Virus record (IMG/VR): IMGVR_UViG_3300033069_000781
Span: 32,001 to 96,000 of that record
Direction: 5' to 3' (one strand)
Length of the DNA: 64,000 bases
Source of the DNA: a virus
Taxonomy: Duplodnaviria; Caudoviricetes
Of this stretch, positions 9,781 through 19,836 are shown piece after piece. The first letter of the stretch is position 1. Every line of letters starts with the position of its first letter. A program made the position numbers and the translations under genes. The notes under the pieces were generated by a model that was given only the letters and a program-made list of their open reading frames with translations, made no database searches and was not told where the DNA came from.

Positions 9781-10095
9781 TTGACCGATAATGAAGATCA
9801 AAAATTTGCGCAAGGTATTGTACTAAGACTACTTAATGAGGCCCATGGGTTGGATGCTATTGCTATAGAGGCCTTAATGGATAATAGGGTACATACCAAC
9901 AAGGAAATGGCTAACCATCCACACATAATAGTCGGTGGTACCGAGCAACGCCCTAGATTAGGCTCTATGGGTGTAATAAACGGCATTCTATCAGCCCTAG
10001 GAATTCCACTAGTTGCTATTGAGTACGATTACGAACATCCAGATGAGATAGTGAAATTTGTCCCATATGTGAAACCAGTACTAACCAATGGCTAA
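9781..10095 (+). CDS. hypothetical phage protein
   Basis: TTG start after AAGGAG; 104 aa. Confidence 0.7.
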   Translation: MTDNEDQKFAQGIVLRLLNEAHGLDAIAIEALMDNRVHTNKEMANHPHIIVGGTEQRPRLGSMGVINGILSALGIPLVAIEYDYEHPDEIVKFVPYVKPVLTNG

Positions 10096-10987
10096 GAAAC
10101 CCAAAGAAATCGCAGTAACCAATAAACCTAAAGATGAGCTAATCCTAGAAGCAGTTAAGACTGCTAGAGGATTGGTCTGGCAACATATATCAAATACAAT
10201 TCAGTTATATTGGTCACTAGGTAAACTAGTGGCTGAACTAGATAGTGGATATGGTAAATCAGCCGTTCAAGAGTTTGCTACCAAGTTATCGGAATCACTT
10301 GGAAGGGAACAGGAGTTCGATGAGTCTACTCTATATAGGGCCAGACAATTCTTTACTAAGTTTGGAGTTGATCTACGAAATAGATTTCAAGGTAGTGGAG
10401 TCAGTTGGACCCAAGTAACTCAGGTCCTACCTGAAGATACCACATTAGTCATAGCCGCTATGAACCAGCTAGAAGAGGGTAAGATCAAAAGCTCTCAATT
10501 AGCTGCTACAGTTAGAGCTATGAGGGCTGGTGACGGTGATCCCGAAGCTAATAAGCAATTACAAGCAAATGATCCAGAATCAACCGATAGAGCAATCCTG
10601 GATTCTACAGACCTCACCTCTGATACAGCTGAAAATAACCCAACCGACTCAGTTGGTTCAGGACAGTCCGCTAAGTCCTCTGAAATGGATGATAGTGGGA
10701 CGCAAGGAGATAACACTCCAGATCGAAGAGAGGATCATAAACCTGAGTCCCCAGAGGATAGATTGGGTGATCCAGCAACATTTGATCGAGAAGTAAGAAA
10801 GGCTGAGGCCTCTATTACAGGTGTGATTGACGTAATGGGCACCCTATTTATATTGCTCGATAAATTCAATAAGTTCGATAAGGATATCCAGAAGAAATAT
10901 AAGAAAGATCTTGTTGCTCTTCGTGAATCCCTGAGTAACTTAAGCCAGTCCGCTGGTCCGATCTACAAGGCACTCCAAGCCCTATAA
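10088..10987 (+). CDS. DUF1016/YhcG N-terminal-like domain protein
   Basis: LYWSLGKLV...YGKSAVQEFATKLS...STLYRARQFF matches the YhcG N-terminal pattern; no nuclease domain follows. Confidence 0.65.
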   Translation: MAKKPKEIAVTNKPKDELILEAVKTARGLVWQHISNTIQLYWSLGKLVAELDSGYGKSAVQEFATKLSESLGREQEFDESTLYRARQFFTKFGVDLRNRFQGSGVSWTQVTQVLPEDTTLVIAAMNQLEEGKIKSSQLAATVRAMRAGDGDPEANKQLQANDPESTDRAILDSTDLTSDTAENNPTDSVGSGQSAKSSEMDDSGTQGDNTPDRREDHKPESPEDRLGDPATFDREVRKAEASITGVIDVMGTLFILLDKFNKFDKDIQKKYKKDLVALRESLSNLSQSAGPIYKALQAL

Positions 10988-10989
10988 AT

Positions 10990-11340
10990 ATGAAGATAGC
11001 TGAAATAGAGAAGCTGCCGCCCCAGGAGAAACTACTCCTGATTAAGACTGCCCTAGATATACTTCAAGGTCTAGACCTACTCTATAAACAGAACTTGAGA
11101 TTAAATAGTGATCTATTGGATCCAAGGACTGTAATGGATATCACTAATCTACAGGGTACCCTTTTGGGGATAAAGAATAGGTATATCTCAATGAGAGATC
11201 AGAACAGAAAGCAGGTCAATCCATCTGTTGTGATGAAGGATATTAAGACCTATAGATTTGGTGATTACACGCTTACTGACGAGGAGACCGATGAGCAGAT
11301 CTATCTATTGCTCACTGATAGTAAGGATAATCTGTTCTAA
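10990..11340 (+). CDS. hypothetical protein
   Basis: 116-aa ORF in the operon. Confidence 0.65.
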   Translation: MKIAEIEKLPPQEKLLLIKTALDILQGLDLLYKQNLRLNSDLLDPRTVMDITNLQGTLLGIKNRYISMRDQNRKQVNPSVVMKDIKTYRFGDYTLTDEETDEQIYLLLTDSKDNLF

Positions 11341-11341
11341 A

Positions 11342-11941
11342 CTAGATCTCTTTAGCTAGTTGAATCTCTAGTTCACCAATAATTCCAATGACTTTATCGT
11401 AGACCAAATTATCGGGGACTGATTCAGTTATACCCCTAAGCTTCTTATTGAGTAGAACTAGTTCAGGTCTACGTCTACGAATGAATAGTCTACGGCGGGC
11501 TTCATGGTAACTAATCACTACTGGATCGAACTGATCTAGTCTAGAGTTCTTGGAGACTAATCCTCTCCAGTTCGAAAGTGCCGCTCTAGTAGACTTAAAT
11601 ACTTTTAAGGTCTCTATCGATCTAGCGGGTTTATCGAGACCCCTGCCTACATAGAAGTAATGATTATTACTATCAATGAATTGTAATAGATAACCCTCTT
11701 CAGGTTTTTTACTTATATCCAGCTTTAGGCATTTATCTATCTTTGTTTCGATACGAGTAGCAATAGAATCACACATAGATAATACAACTACTCGATTAGC
11801 GATATCCATGGAGACGACAACTGCTATATAAGCATCTAATTCAGAGTCATCTTCAACCATATATAGCACAGGATCATTAATCTTTATTACATTACCCATA
11901 GGGTCGAATAGATCTAAATTAATCTGAGTATTAATGTCCAT
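11342..11941 (-). CDS. hypothetical protein (only convincing minus-strand gene)
   Basis: 199 aa; exactly fills a gap with no + strand ORF. Confidence 0.75.
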   Translation of the reverse strand: MDINTQINLDLFDPMGNVIKINDPVLYMVEDDSELDAYIAVVVSMDIANRVVVLSMCDSIATRIETKIDKCLKLDISKKPEEGYLLQFIDSNNHYFYVGRGLDKPARSIETLKVFKSTRAALSNWRGLVSKNSRLDQFDPVVISYHEARRRLFIRRRRPELVLLNKKLRGITESVPDNLVYDKVIGIIGELEIQLAKEI

Positions 11942-11971
11942 ATGTATTAGTCTAATCTCAAAGGAATCAAA

Positions 11972-13432
11972 ATGACAACCACCAAGACGAAAATCAAATC
12001 AAAAAAGAATTCTGTTCCCGTGAATGATATCTCTAATTTTTTCCGAATTCATTGCGAGGGACGAAAGGCTGAGCTACATAAACTTGGAGCAGTAATTGGC
12101 CAATCCGATATTATTCGTTTCGCCAAAATTAAGCGGTATTATGATCTATATGATATGCTTCTTAATACCCACGAGAATAGGGACGGCTATGTAGTAGAAG
12201 ATGCTGACGGTTATGTGTCGGATGAATCAAATCTAACTAGTCTGCCTCGATTCCTGCCTAGCTTTAATTCATTCATGAAGAATGGAGAGATGACGGGCCC
12301 CGCAGTTATCCTGGACTCGACCTATCTTGCGTTTAAGTACTGCAATGACCGCGAGAACATCGTGTTTGTAAATATCCACACTAATACAGTCCATGGTGTT
12401 GTTAATCTATTTACGGATAAGATGAGTCATTCATCGTTATCAGACATAGCTGAGTTTAACGGCGAGTTTTCTAAACAATTCGCCCCCGAGGGCGTGCTGG
12501 TCCAGATGAAGGGTCAGAAGGGTTACTCATTGCTCATTAATGCCGATCAGGATAGTCCTGATATGAATGTGTATGCTGCGAATAATGATTTGCTTGGGCG
12601 TATTTCAGGGGCCACAGTAAGCTTTAATTGTATTGGTCGCTTCTTCGACTCCAAGGAAGGTAACGATGGGTATGAAGGGTTCGTTGAGGCCGCCCTGGAT
12701 GCTCTATCCGATGGTGGTCTAACTCTACTGGATTACACAAATGATTCCGAGAAGGTAGCGCCAAAGGAGGCCGTCACCTACTTTAATTCACACAATGAAG
12801 CAGATGAAAATTTCTCATGGGCTAGCAGAATGAGGCAGCTAGTGCTCAAGTTCCCGGGGGCAGTCAAGGATGGTTACAGTTTTGTTAGTGGTGGCGCAAA
12901 TGGGCATGAAAATGATCCAATTAGACTTCATAGGTGTGGTTATTGCCTCTTCGCACTCTCAAACGGTAATCGGGTAATCTTCGGGCAAGATGAAGGCACC
13001 TACTTCGGTTCAGAATTCCCCGGTGAAGCTACAACTGTTACCCAAGCACTAAAGGAGCTCAAGCCCCTAGAGATTCGAAACACCACTGGACTCATGCGTC
13101 AAGGCGAATGGTTCCTTGAGCCAGTAGCCGCTGATGATGTTCCCCATACACCCCAGACCATTGCTATGGATCTATCCGATGCCAAAGTCGGTGAGGATGA
13201 AGGGGTAATTCTACCCAAGGATAGTCCCGACTCAGCAGATCACAGAATTGAGAGCTCAGATCAGGTGGTTGTTGGTAAGGATGGGTTTGTTTATGCCTTG
13301 AATCCCACTCTTACCCATATGCATGTTGATAGTGGCGATTCCGATCATGCCCCCGTTACCTATAGCGATGGCTGGGTCAGATTCCTTCGTAATACCGCTA
13401 CTCGCTCCTTCTCAGTTAAGGGCGTCGATTAA
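11972..13432 (+). CDS. hypothetical protein with C-terminal RQGEW...H...H...H domain
   Basis: 486 aa, AAGGA upstream; C-terminal MRQGEWF...DHRI...LTHMH...DHAP. Confidence 0.75.
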   Translation: MTTTKTKIKSKKNSVPVNDISNFFRIHCEGRKAELHKLGAVIGQSDIIRFAKIKRYYDLYDMLLNTHENRDGYVVEDADGYVSDESNLTSLPRFLPSFNSFMKNGEMTGPAVILDSTYLAFKYCNDRENIVFVNIHTNTVHGVVNLFTDKMSHSSLSDIAEFNGEFSKQFAPEGVLVQMKGQKGYSLLINADQDSPDMNVYAANNDLLGRISGATVSFNCIGRFFDSKEGNDGYEGFVEAALDALSDGGLTLLDYTNDSEKVAPKEAVTYFNSHNEADENFSWASRMRQLVLKFPGAVKDGYSFVSGGANGHENDPIRLHRCGYCLFALSNGNRVIFGQDEGTYFGSEFPGEATTVTQALKELKPLEIRNTTGLMRQGEWFLEPVAADDVPHTPQTIAMDLSDAKVGEDEGVILPKDSPDSADHRIESSDQVVVGKDGFVYALNPTLTHMHVDSGDSDHAPVTYSDGWVRFLRNTATRSFSVKGVD

Positions 13433-13435
13433 TCT

Positions 13436-14386
13436 ATGCGGAAAAACTATGAATGGTTGAATGGTTATAACCCAGAAGTTACACATACAAAGCCAGAAGC
13501 AGTAATGTATGACGTAATGTATGGGGATGCTAGGCAGGAGATCAAATGCCTAGACCACGGATTTGTAGCTCTAATAGATGTCATGCCTAGGCTTGTGCCA
13601 GTAGGCAGGACCGCTGATTCAGCAGCGGTTCAAGCTGCCAGGGTAAGTTATGGTAATGGTACAAAGCAAGTCTCAGATGATACTGGCCTAAGTCGGTACC
13701 TACTTAGCAATGATCATAACACACCAATTGAAATGATCGAGTTCAAGTTTCACTTGGCTATGCCGCTCTTCATTTGCCAGCAATGGCTACGACACCGAAC
13801 TGCCTCCGTTAACCAGCAGTCTGGGCGTTACTCAGTTATGATTGATAAGTTCTATAGACCTGAAGTTGTCAGGGGCCAAAGTAGTACCAATAAGCAGGGT
13901 AGCTCGGGTATAGTTGGCGAAGAGGAAACTAGATTCTATTTAGATTATCTTAATCGGGCTGAAGATCTTTACTACCGATATGAGCAATCAATAGAGGATG
14001 GGGTAGCCCGAGAACTAGCCCGAATAGGGCTACCGGCCTCAATCTACACCGAGCTGTACTGGAAACTGGATCTACATAACCTGCTACATTTCCTTAGGTT
14101 AAGGATGGATACCCATGCCCAAGAAGAGATTAGAGTCTACGCTGGAGCAATCCTACGATTAATTGAACCAATTGTTCCAGTACTAATTAAAGCATTCTTT
14201 GACTATAGGCTTAATTCAATAAGCTTCTCAGATCCAGAATTAGCTATAATTAAGGAAATCTGTACAATTAGTCTAAGTAATGAGTTAATCTCAGAGCAAT
14301 ATAAAGACTCGATAAGTAAACGAGAAATGATCGGATTTTTAACTAAGTTGGACGATCTATCTACTAGATCAAAATTGGAGAAGTAA
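13436..14386 (+). CDS. thyX: flavin-dependent thymidylate synthase
   Basis: LDHGFV, AARVSY, and the ThyX motif RHRTASVNQQSGRY; RELARIGLP; HAQEEIR. Confidence 0.96.
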   Translation: MRKNYEWLNGYNPEVTHTKPEAVMYDVMYGDARQEIKCLDHGFVALIDVMPRLVPVGRTADSAAVQAARVSYGNGTKQVSDDTGLSRYLLSNDHNTPIEMIEFKFHLAMPLFICQQWLRHRTASVNQQSGRYSVMIDKFYRPEVVRGQSSTNKQGSSGIVGEEETRFYLDYLNRAEDLYYRYEQSIEDGVARELARIGLPASIYTELYWKLDLHNLLHFLRLRMDTHAQEEIRVYAGAILRLIEPIVPVLIKAFFDYRLNSISFSDPELAIIKEICTISLSNELISEQYKDSISKREMIGFLTKLDDLSTRSKLEK

Positions 14387-14389
14387 TAT

Positions 14390-14644
14390 ATGGCACGTAC
14401 AAAAGTTGAAGTCAATAAATCAGAACTACAGGCGCAGATCAATACAGCTGAGGCCAATGGTGCCCTAGCCGGCCTCTCAGAGCTATTCGATAAGATAGCG
14501 GCTACGGAATGGGCGACCTCTAAGAACTATACTGCATCAATTCTTAGAGCTCGTACAGTCGAGTTTAATATCCCAACAAAGACCCTGAAGGGTAAGCCGG
14601 GCCGTAAAGCGAGCACTGCGCCAGCCCAGGCTCCCACTACTTAA
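14390..14644 (+). CDS. hypothetical protein
   Basis: 84 aa with basic GKPGRK tail. Confidence 0.7.
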   Translation: MARTKVEVNKSELQAQINTAEANGALAGLSELFDKIAATEWATSKNYTASILRARTVEFNIPTKTLKGKPGRKASTAPAQAPTT

Positions 14645-14932
14645 TTGATGCCTAAGCTATTGAATCCTACATCTATGGATGTAAACTTTGAACCCAATAT
14701 ACCTGAGTTGGCAATAAATAAACTAAACAATGGTCCCGGAGTAGTCAAATACGATGTGACATTGGTTAGGGGTAAATGGCCATCTAATACTGATTTGATC
14801 GATATATGTGATAAGGGCATGGATCCGTTAACTGGCCAACCATTAATCAGGAATATGCACTACGGAGGGCAGGTTCATAAATATATGGAACATGGCAAAG
14901 ATAAAGCATTTGTTGAAGTCTATATAGAGTAA
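14645..14932 (+). CDS. hypothetical protein
   Basis: 95 aa; start may be ATG 14648. Confidence 0.65.
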   Translation: MMPKLLNPTSMDVNFEPNIPELAINKLNNGPGVVKYDVTLVRGKWPSNTDLIDICDKGMDPLTGQPLIRNMHYGGQVHKYMEHGKDKAFVEVYIE

Positions 14933-14943
14933 TTAATGCATTC

Positions 14944-14973
14944 ACCAATTCTTGCAGGCCTGCAAGAATTGGT
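14944..14973. repeat. perfect 30-bp palindrome, copy 1
   Basis: ACCAATTCTTGCAGG|CCTGCAAGAATTGGT; 25 nt recur at 42051-42075. Confidence 0.95.
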
Positions 14974-15004
14974 CTCTATTTTTGGATCACTAGAGGAGTA
15001 AAAA

Positions 15005-15178
15005 ATGATAGAAACTAATCAGTCCTTAGAAAAGTCCTCGAAATGTCCCACTATTAATCCTAAGCTCAGATATAGATATAGATTTCATAATCAACTTGGT
15101 CTAATGGTTCTCTCTAGACCTAGACCAAGCAATATCTTTGCGAAGTATAAAATAGATCGTAATCGATCATTTATTTGA
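15005..15178 (+). CDS. small basic hypothetical protein (57 aa, not in track)
   Basis: GAGGAG upstream; MIETNQSLEKSSKCPTINPKLRYRYRF... Confidence 0.5.
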   Translation: MIETNQSLEKSSKCPTINPKLRYRYRFHNQLGLMVLSRPRPSNIFAKYKIDRNRSFI

Positions 15179-15200
15179 AGTAATATGAATAGATAGATAT

Positions 15201-15234
15201 AAGTCTGGGTGTTCTAGCGAATACCCAGACTTTT
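15201..15234 (+). terminator. stem-loop, possible intrinsic terminator or leader hairpin
   Basis: AAGTCTGGGTGTTC-tagc-GAATACCCAGACTT followed by TT. Confidence 0.55.
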
Positions 15235-15251
15235 GAGGACCAATACCATAT

Positions 15252-16448
15252 ATGGCACTTGTCAATAGATATATCACAACCACTGGTAATACTGCATCTG
15301 GTAACTCGGAGGCTAATGCCTGGAGCCCGTATACAGATGCTACTCACGGGTTTCAAAGTACTGCGATTAAGGCTACGACTACCTCAGAGATATTAGCTAT
15401 GAGTGCCGGTGATATCTACTGTATAAATGTAAAAGCTGGAGCCTATTCGACATCAGCAGCTTTTGCATTGGTCGCTGCACATGGTACTACCTCATATCTA
15501 AAGCCTATCTGGTTAAGAGGTTATAAAACAACTCCTGGGGATCTCGATTATTTAGTCTATGGCGGGCCCTCTCAGACCTTTCCTAGTGGATCCTCTGAGA
15601 TTCCGACATTTACCAATAATACTAAATTTGGCGTCGATGTATCCTCACCAATAAATAACGTAATTATCACCGGATTCGATGTGACAGGTTCACAAGGCAG
15701 CTCATTAGCCTATGTTCATGGAACCTCACTAATTGCAGGATGCAAGGTCACAAACACAATAAGTAATGCGAGTGGTGGAGCTATTGGTTTCCAAGCCAAT
15801 AGTTATGTAGTTAGCAATAGAGCGATATGTTCTGGTACCACAATAGGATCAGCATATGGGGCTATACAAGGTGCTAACTTTGGGTATGTAATTGGCAATT
15901 ACATCGATGCTGGTTATCTCTGTGGTATAGGTGGAGCTAACGCTGGCCTAGTCATACTCAATAACGTAATTAAAGGTTCAGTTAATAGTGCTAATGGTAT
16001 CAGTCCCGGTGTAACTGCGGCTAACCTCACAATTATAGGTAACACTATCTATGGCTTTACGCATGCAACTTATGGGATAGGCATAAATTTAGGTAGTGCA
16101 TCTGCTTCAGGTGCTGGTATCTCCTTAGTAATGAACAATAAGATCATGGATTGTAGACTAAGGATCAATGCTAATACTACGGGTGGTGGATATGATATTA
16201 TCGAGATAAATAATCTCTATAGATCATCGGGCACAAACGTTCCTGGATTCATGCCATCACAATTTAATAACTCGACTACCAGTAGTGGTTTAGCTTTTGA
16301 TTTTATTAATGCTAGTGGTGGAGATTTTAGACCAGTCATATTGGGCGGTTCTGGGCTCAATGATTCGATGTTCCTTGGAGCAGTTGGGGCCTTACAATTA
16401 CCTCCTAGAGCAGGTATAGGAATCCCACGCTATCTCAGCAGAGGCTAA
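15252..16448 (+). CDS. right-handed parallel beta-helix protein (virion-associated, pectate lyase-like)
   Basis: Repeating I-x-N-N-x-I / I-x-G-N-x-I coils, G/S/T/N-rich; ends FINASGGDFRP...VGA. Confidence 0.75.
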   Translation: MALVNRYITTTGNTASGNSEANAWSPYTDATHGFQSTAIKATTTSEILAMSAGDIYCINVKAGAYSTSAAFALVAAHGTTSYLKPIWLRGYKTTPGDLDYLVYGGPSQTFPSGSSEIPTFTNNTKFGVDVSSPINNVIITGFDVTGSQGSSLAYVHGTSLIAGCKVTNTISNASGGAIGFQANSYVVSNRAICSGTTIGSAYGAIQGANFGYVIGNYIDAGYLCGIGGANAGLVILNNVIKGSVNSANGISPGVTAANLTIIGNTIYGFTHATYGIGINLGSASASGAGISLVMNNKIMDCRLRINANTTGGGYDIIEINNLYRSSGTNVPGFMPSQFNNSTTSSGLAFDFINASGGDFRPVILGGSGLNDSMFLGAVGALQLPPRAGIGIPRYLSRG

Positions 16449-16459
16449 CCTAATCCTAT

Positions 16460-18736
16460 ATGGCAAAAATTACCCCATCTGTTGCAGCTCCGTTATTCTA
16501 CGTAACATCTGTAGATACTACTGATACAAGTGGTACTGATGCTAATGGACTAAACCCACTCGGAAAGCAATTCGATACCTCTGCTGTTGGAGCTAGAAGC
16601 AATGTAGTTCTAGGCTATTGGCCTCTAGAGTACAATCCACCCTATAGTGTACCGAGCTTTTCAAACGGAGATTTCTATCCCGTTCCATGGAATAATGGTA
16701 GTGTAAGTTATTGGGATAATACAACAAGTCCTCATCAGACCGGAATAGGTAGAGTTACTCGCGGATTCACGGGACTCACTGGCCCCGGTGGTATAGTCTA
16801 TACCAATAACACAACTAATAATAACAGAGTTAAAGGTACTCAGTTGCAATGGACCACTCCTAGTACACTTGGGTATCGCTGGGATGATAGATCCAAAATA
16901 GGTACATATAATGGTACTACGTTATTTGGTGCTGCCCACTCCACCTATACAGCTTATACAAATCAATGGGTAGTTAATATACAAAGACTTGCAGGAGCAG
17001 TAGCTAGACAGTGTGCTGATTTCTATTACTTCCACGGATACCTAAAAGGGACCGGTACTCATAGTGGGTCATATTGGAATGGGTCTTCCTACGATCTAAA
17101 TGTAGCTAACTCATACATGGGTTGTCTAACCTTCAGGGTTGGATCACATCGCAATAATATCCAGACCGATATAACTAACCTATTTGTACATCCATTAGAT
17201 GCTGCCACTCCAACTGCAGATACTTATAATTTGGGCGATGTAGGCTCAGATGCTAGTGTGGGTGGAGATACGCGCCCAATTGGAGAACTCTTTCCACCCT
17301 GGACAAGAACTGGTCAATCCAATGCAGGTGCAGATTGGCCCGTAAGTAGAGCGCGTTATACACCTTGGTGTACTAACGGTATCACAGAGACCAAGATATT
17401 CTATGATGCGTTATTTACTGAGATGCTAGCTCAGTTCACCACTTACTTACCCTATCCAGAGATATCGGGTGGATTAACTACTACTTATCAACTCTGCTAT
17501 CCCGCTATGATTCTGCTCGATTTCGAGGAGCTCAATAATAACGAGTTCTTATATGAGATCGATACTACCCATAGCAATAAGCAGAGAGGGGCGATTGCTG
17601 CAGTTATTGCAGATGCGAAGAGTGGGACAGAGACAATATTTAAGGATAGCTCAAACTCTAATAGAACCTGGAATCAAGAGTATACGGCATATCAGGCCTC
17701 TACCCCATACGCTCATAGTGCCGCAGATAATGCTGACTACACCTATAAAAGTAATGGATTAGTTACGCCATTCTTTGGTGCCTACAATAACGGTAATTCA
17801 CCCCTCTATGATTTCCTATATAACGTCTACTCAACTGCCTACGATTACGCTATAAATGAGGCAATCTATAAACCAGCCAGAGTTGCTTTCCCGACAGTTA
17901 GATGTAGTAATTATGGTTTCTATAGATCAGATCCAACCAATGGGAGGGGGACCTATGGTGGATGGCCCTGGAGTAACCCTAGACAGAGTATGTGTCAAGG
18001 GGATATCTATTCTCCAGTTCTCTATCCAACTTCCCCTAGACAGGCTAAACAGGGTTATAGTAGACTACAGAGCGCCGACTCTGGTTCTATGTTCCCTAGG
18101 GTGACTTCAGCTACAAGTAATACACTGACCGTAAATAACTCCATAAAAGTTCAAACAACCCACTCTGCCGCTAATGCGACCGCGAGTGCTAGCTATGCCC
18201 AGACCATTCAAGAACTAGCTTCGGAATGGGTATATCCAACCAAGACCTATAAACTAGATTATTTCCGAGGTTTATATGTCAACATAATCTCTGGTACAGG
18301 ATCTGGTCAATCTAGATTATGTATGAACTTTGACGGCTCCACAACAACCTTTACGGTGACCCCACCATGGACGGTTACTCCAGATAATACAAGCTGTTAT
18401 ACAGTATCAACCGAACCAGTTGAGGCTGGGGTTATCAGAAACCATACTCAACAGGTCGAGGCTATATATAAGGATAAAGCTGTAGTTCCTTGGATGTGGT
18501 CACCGGGGTCTTTCCAGGAATTCGGAACTATACATAGTCATGAATTTATGGGTGATGTAATAGTTAAATTAACCAATAAAGGTATATCTGAGTATATAAT
18601 CTGGGGATACAATGCATCCTTTGACAACTTCACAGCGCCTACATTAGATAACTTTATCGGCGACGTAACAATATCCATAACTAGGCATATAGCAAATAGT
18701 TCAGTTGGCGGTGGATTTGTAGTCGGTGGGTTATAA
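16460..18736 (+). CDS. putative virion glycoside hydrolase (GH56 hyaluronidase-like TIM barrel) with inserted fibre-type beta domain
   Basis: Ordered motifs ILLDFEE, CSNYG, SPVLYP, GISEYIIWG; insert GTGSGQSR...TVTPPWTVTPDNTSCY shared with the next ORF. Confidence 0.55.
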   Translation: MAKITPSVAAPLFYVTSVDTTDTSGTDANGLNPLGKQFDTSAVGARSNVVLGYWPLEYNPPYSVPSFSNGDFYPVPWNNGSVSYWDNTTSPHQTGIGRVTRGFTGLTGPGGIVYTNNTTNNNRVKGTQLQWTTPSTLGYRWDDRSKIGTYNGTTLFGAAHSTYTAYTNQWVVNIQRLAGAVARQCADFYYFHGYLKGTGTHSGSYWNGSSYDLNVANSYMGCLTFRVGSHRNNIQTDITNLFVHPLDAATPTADTYNLGDVGSDASVGGDTRPIGELFPPWTRTGQSNAGADWPVSRARYTPWCTNGITETKIFYDALFTEMLAQFTTYLPYPEISGGLTTTYQLCYPAMILLDFEELNNNEFLYEIDTTHSNKQRGAIAAVIADAKSGTETIFKDSSNSNRTWNQEYTAYQASTPYAHSAADNADYTYKSNGLVTPFFGAYNNGNSPLYDFLYNVYSTAYDYAINEAIYKPARVAFPTVRCSNYGFYRSDPTNGRGTYGGWPWSNPRQSMCQGDIYSPVLYPTSPRQAKQGYSRLQSADSGSMFPRVTSATSNTLTVNNSIKVQTTHSAANATASASYAQTIQELASEWVYPTKTYKLDYFRGLYVNIISGTGSGQSRLCMNFDGSTTTFTVTPPWTVTPDNTSCYTVSTEPVEAGVIRNHTQQVEAIYKDKAVVPWMWSPGSFQEFGTIHSHEFMGDVIVKLTNKGISEYIIWGYNASFDNFTAPTLDNFIGDVTISITRHIANSSVGGGFVVGGL

Positions 18737-18770
18737 TAGTAATAGATATAGATATAAATAGGTAATTAAT

Positions 18771-19655
18771 ATGGCTCTAATAAAAGCAACCGCTAATCAA
18801 CATGTATATTTCTATGCTATTGATTTGACCACTGGCCTACCTAAAACTGGTCTATCTGATATAGCGGTAAAAATAAAGAAGCAGAGTATTGGAGCATTTA
18901 GCGGTACAGGAGTTAATGTAAATGCTGGTGCCAGTAATGCAATCGAGATCGACGGTACAAACCTGAAGGGTTGGTATTATCAGATCCTAGATGCCACTGA
19001 TACCAATTGTGACTATTTGATCTATAGTGGGGTTTCAGCTACCTCAAACGTAGCTGTTACGGGTGGTTCAGTTAATCTATCTGCCGTTACACCTGATGTA
19101 AACGTAGCTCAAGTCAATGGATCCACAACTTCAGCCGCAGGCTTAGCCGCAATGGGGCTCTTTGTTCACGGTACCTGCCAGGGTGGATCCTCCACTACGC
19201 TTCAATTAGAGGGTGGGGCGGCATCGTCTACTAACTCGATTTATGTAGGTCAAAGCATAGTATTGACAGGTGGTACTGGAGCTGGTCAAGTACGAGTAAT
19301 TACAGGTTACTCATTCTCATCCAGTATTGGAACTGTTACTGTCGATCCTGCCTGGACCACAACTCCTGTTGGGGCATCAACTCAATATATACTAGTACCA
19401 GCGGCTCCAACACCAGCTAACTTAGTTGCAGCTATTTGGGATTCCGCTACATTAGCTTCTAAGATGCCCGCAAATGCAAACCTATCAAGCCTAACGATGG
19501 GTCAGGCCATGGCTTTGGTCCATCAGCGCTTCTTTGGTAAAGTAATCAAGAGCCCAACATCTATTGTGGTTAAGGCTCAGGATGCCGTTACCACGATAAC
19601 TACTCAAACGTATAGTTCATCCGGCGGTACCGATACAGTCAACAATAGATCGTAA
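18771..19655 (+). CDS. putative virion/tail fibre-associated protein
   Basis: DLTTGLPKTGLS...GWYY N-terminus; GTGAGQVRVIT...TVDPAWTTTP domain; S/T/G/A-rich. Confidence 0.6.
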   Translation: MALIKATANQHVYFYAIDLTTGLPKTGLSDIAVKIKKQSIGAFSGTGVNVNAGASNAIEIDGTNLKGWYYQILDATDTNCDYLIYSGVSATSNVAVTGGSVNLSAVTPDVNVAQVNGSTTSAAGLAAMGLFVHGTCQGGSSTTLQLEGGAASSTNSIYVGQSIVLTGGTGAGQVRVITGYSFSSSIGTVTVDPAWTTTPVGASTQYILVPAAPTPANLVAAIWDSATLASKMPANANLSSLTMGQAMALVHQRFFGKVIKSPTSIVVKAQDAVTTITTQTYSSSGGTDTVNNRS

Positions 19656-19658
19656 TAT

Positions 19659-19811
19659 ATGGACATATTCTCAATCTTTAATATATGGCTACCCTTCCTA
19701 CCCAGTGGGTCTGAGGGGGGTGGTAGTGGTGGTGGCGGAACTGTATCTGATGGCTTGCTTAGAGGTTTTCGCAATATAAGGATTAGTAGATGGTTTCGTA
19801 GTCGTAGGTAA
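19659..19811 (+). CDS. small protein (50 aa, not in track): hydrophobic head, Gly linker, Arg-rich tail
   Basis: MDIFSIFNIWLPFLPSGSEGGGSGGGGTVSDGLLRGFRNIRISRWFRSRR; fills the gap; TAATATATG start context like its neighbours. Confidence 0.6.
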   Translation: MDIFSIFNIWLPFLPSGSEGGGSGGGGTVSDGLLRGFRNIRISRWFRSRR

Positions 19812-19836
19812 ATAGCTAAATAAAAGAAAGAAATAT

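Noticed and set aside
13436-14386. Hydroxymethyluracil-type (SPO1-like) DNA, suggested by the UDG-PolA fusion
   Set aside because: The synthase here is a canonical ThyX, not a ThyA-like dUMP hydroxymethylase; there is no direct evidence in this window.
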